From positions 5,398 through 69,397 of the forward strand of contig DBQI01000026.1 of NCBI GenBank assembly GCA_002305165.1: a stretch of DNA of 64,000 nucleotides, in the 5' to 3' direction. This document shows, one piece after another, positions 61,100 to 64,000 of this stretch. Position numbers and translations under genes: made by a program. Origin of the DNA: Armatimonadetes bacterium UBA1398 (GTDB lineage: Bacteria > Armatimonadota > Zipacnadia > UBA1398). The stretch's first letter is position 1. Every line of letters starts with the position of its first letter. The notes under the pieces are model-generated. The model was not told the DNA's origin, did no database searches, and saw only the letters and a list, made by a program, of their open reading frames with translations.

Positions 61100-63859
61100 G
61101 TGACGACCCATCGCCGCGCCGTGTCATGGCCCCTGCTCGTAGCGATCCTGGCAGCCCTCGCATCCACATCGGAGGCTGAGCCGGTGCTGACCGACGTCGC
61201 ACTGACGCGGCTGGGCGCGTCAGCGACCGCAGAGTCGCAGTGCAGCGACCTCTACGGCGGCCCCAAGGCGATTGACGGAACCGTTGGGTACGGCTCCGTG
61301 GGCTGGTTCGCCGCTGACTCCGTCGCGCTGCCTTGCTCCCTGAACATCGACCTGGGTGCCACCCGCATCGTTCACAGCATCGTGCTCTACCAGGCAAGCT
61401 GGGGTGGCAGCATGTACCACAGCCGTGAAGTGCGCGTAGAGGGCCGCCTTGAGGGAGAGTGGGTGGGGGTGGGGGAGGCCGTCCTGCCCGACGTGAGCGA
61501 GCACAGGACGGAAGTGCGTCTCGGCTCGCCGATGGAACTTGACGCGGTGCGCATCGTAGTCCTGAGCGGGTACATCGAGCCGCAGATCTGCGGGCTCGCC
61601 GAGGTCGAGGTGCTGGCGTCCGGGGTACCCACCTGGGGCGAACCAAGGCTCCTGCTCGATGGAGAGCCCGCTCCCGACCTGGTGCATGGCACGTGTGGCC
61701 TGGCCATGGCGGCGCGCGCGAACGGCCCCCAGGTGCTTCTGTCCTCCGAGCCTCCGGCAGTGGCGGCCGTCCTCGACGGTGACGAGAGTGCGGCCATCGG
61801 TCTGGATCTTGCCAGCATTCCCGATGGAGCCGCCATCGAGTTCTCTGCCAGGAGGGTGTGGGGAGGGCCGGGCCGTGTGATCGTCAGCGGCTCGTGCGGT
61901 GGGGCCGTGGAGTCGGTCACCGACACCGCCTGGGTGATCCGCGTGCCTATCGGCGCCGGGGACGCGGTGCCCGTGACGATCGAGTTGCATGCCGACGGGC
62001 GGGCTACGGCCGTTGAACTACGCTCGCTTGCGCTGGTGCTCCCCGGCCTGCCGCCGCTCGCGATGTCCCCGACGCCATCTGGCCCTTCGCCCCTTGTGCT
62101 CCCTCCGCCCGCGGCTCCGGTCCTCCGGGAAGGCATGGAGCGGCTGCTTATCGAGTGGGATTGGCGGATGCAGGATGGCATTGCCACCCCACGCTTGCCA
62201 GTCAGCTACGAGCAGGCCTGTGACCGCTTGGTAGAGGGGGGCAACCGGCTCGCGAAGGGCCTACGGGGTGGATCGGATGCCCCGAAGGCCGCGCTCGCGG
62301 ACTGGCGTGAGGCAGTGGACGCCTGGAGGGGACTCCCGGAGAGCAGCCGCGGTGGAGCACTCGCCGAGCGTGCTTGGCTCGATCTCCACTGGACGCGGCG
62401 GTCGCTCATGTTGGCGCACCCACTCATGCCCCGTGAGCCCATCCTATTTGCGAAGCGGGTCCCTTCCGCGTTCAGTCACCAGCTCACCCAGTACTACGGC
62501 CGCTATGCTCGCCCTGGGGGAGGGATCTTCGTTCTGCCCGAGCCGGGCCGCTCCATGGCATGCCGCGACCTAACGGGCGGCCATATGCCTCTGGGAAGCT
62601 ACCTGCATCCCGAGGTCTCCTACGACGCTGATCGAGTCCTGTTCGCCTTCTGCGAGACCGACTCGGCGCCGACGGATAGCTTCGCCGGTAGCCCGGGCCA
62701 CTACTATCACCTGTATGAGATGCCACTGTCGGGAGGCGTGCCGAGCAGGCTGACCGAGGGCGCATTCGATGACTTCGCCCCACGGTACCTGCCCGGCGGG
62801 GACCTCATGTTCATCTCCACGAGGCGGCTCGGATGGCACCGCTGCGGCACCCCCGGCTGCGAGAACTACACCCTGACACGGTCAGGTCCCGACGGGAGCA
62901 TGGCACGCCCCGTGTCCTTCCACGAGACGCAGGAGTGGGATCCGGTCGTCCTTCACGACGGGCGGATCGCGTACACCCGCTGGGACTACGTCGACCGGCA
63001 CGCGGTCTACTACGAGCAGCTATGGTGGACCCATCCAGACGGCGGCAACCCCAGCGCCCTGTACGGCAATAACACTTTCAACCCCGTCGGAATCTGGGAG
63101 CCCCGGCCGGTACCGGGCTCCGACCTCATCATGGCCACGGCTGCGGCGCACCATGCTATGACGGCAGGATCCATCATCCTCGTAGACCCACGTCGGGGCG
63201 TGGACGGGCCCGAGCCCATCGTGCGCCTAACGCCGGACACCCCCTTCCCCGAGAGTGAGTCCGTGGTCTCCGGCACGTGGGTGGCTACCGCGGTGGGATG
63301 CGGCATCAGGACATCGGAGGAGCAGGAAAGGTGGCCGGGGCATTGCTACCGCTCGCCGTACCCGCTGTCCGAGGATCTCTTCCTCGCGTCCTACAGCTTC
63401 GAGCCCCTTGTTGGTGAACCGCACGCGAACTCACCGACGATGTTCGGCCTGTATCTCGTGGATACCAATGGAAACCGGGAGTTGCTCTATCGCGACCTGG
63501 CGATATCGAGCCTCTGGCCCATCCCCATTCAGTCACGTCTGCGGCCACCGCCGGTGGGTGCGGAGTTCGTGCCATCAGTATCTGGCGGTGACACGGGGAC
63601 CTTCCTGGTGCAGAACATCAACCGGAGCTCGGTGGCACTGCCCGATGAGCGGATCGCGGCGCTAAGGGTCGTCCAGCTAGTGCCGAAGTCCACGTCCGGG
63701 GCCAACAACCCCATGGTGGGGCTGGCAAACGCCTCGCCGGGCAAGCAGGTGCTGGGCACGGTACCCGTCTCGGACGATGGCTCCGCCTACTTCGAAGCGC
63801 CTGCCGGGATTCCCCTGGCGTTCCAGGCCTTGGACAGCCGGGGCTTGGCGGTTCAGGTG
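61100..63859 (+). CDS. Large secreted protein (919 aa) with N-terminal F5/8 type C (discoidin) domain and a ~650-aa beta-rich region; absent from the supplied ORF track
   Basis: Frame 2 is continuously open from the GTG at 61100 to the TGA at 63857-59, checked codon by codon; an alternative ATG lies at 61067. GGAGG sits 6 nt upstream of the GTG. Signal peptide MTTHRRAVSWPLLVAILAALASTSEA/EP. aa ~30-170 show discoidin hallmarks (AIDG, W...W, NIDLG..RIVHSIVLY, AVRIVVL). The remainder is rich in W/Y/G beta-strand motifs (DGRIAYTRWDYVD; FGLYLVDTNGNRELLY; DDGSAYFEAPAGIPLAFQALDSR). It is the same frame as phoU, separated from it by one stop. Confidence 0.6.
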
Positions 63860-64000
63860 ATGCGGAGCGTGACGTACCTTCAGCCCGGGCAGAACCTGGG
63901 CTGTATCGGGTGCCACGAGGACAGGACCGAGGCGCCCCCCAACCTCGGTCTCGCCGCCACAGGGCGCGAGCCCGCCAAGCTGCGCCCCGCCCCCGATGGC
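63859..64000 (+). pseudogene. +1-frame continuation of the discoidin-domain gene (or overlapping downstream ORF) containing a CxxCH haem-binding motif; runs off the window end
   Basis: The TGA of the upstream ORF overlaps an ATG (gTGATGcgg). Frame 1 is open from 63649 to the window end. It translates to ...GLAVQVMRSVTYLQPGQNLGCIGCHEDRTEAPPNLGLAAT..., which reads as a natural continuation of ...LAFQALDSR if one G is added or deleted in the CCGGGC run at ~63838-63843. Confidence 0.4.

Noticed and set aside
60669-62187. Minus-strand ORFs of 325, 256 and 266 aa downstream of phoU
   Set aside because: Arg/Pro/Ser-rich; they lie antisense to the codon-verified 919-aa discoidin-domain ORF, which has a signal peptide, an RBS and recognisable domain motifs.

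Overview
High-GC (~65%) bacterial chromosomal window. It is gene-dense, mostly housekeeping, with several accessory-looking pockets; no mobile elements, CRISPR arrays, rRNA or tRNA genes were found. Left to right: the 3' end of an ABC ATPase plus a FetB-like permease, 3-hexulose-6-phosphate synthase and a Zn-dependent alcohol dehydrogenase, trkA-trkH; then a secreted-enzyme locus with a GH172/DUF2961 protein, an SLH/collagen-like/coiled-coil/beta-barrel OmpM-like outer-membrane tether, two tandem URO-D-like paralogs, TatD, an MFS transporter, two M55 D-aminopeptidases, and a large Ig-like/Pro-rich/Cu-amine-oxidase-N secreted protein; then lysA, a DHH-CBS-CCA-adding-enzyme fusion, an M50 protease, trpS, scpAB, a D-Ala-D-Ala carboxypeptidase, an HtrA-like protease, metG, larC-larB (nickel-pincer cofactor), lipoproteins, and a chimeric T2SS-F/ClpX-zinc-finger membrane protein; then a glycan-degradation-like cluster, pta, a partial NADH dehydrogenase operon nuoFGHIJKLMN (no nuoABCDE), prs, L25, smpB, pstSCAB-phoU, and a ~919-aa secreted discoidin-domain protein gene at the 3' end. 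That last gene is absent from the supplied ORF track; it stops at a G-run with the reading frame continuing in +1 through a CxxCH haem-binding motif, so it is likely frameshifted. Many long antisense ORFs in the track are high-GC shadow ORFs and were rejected.
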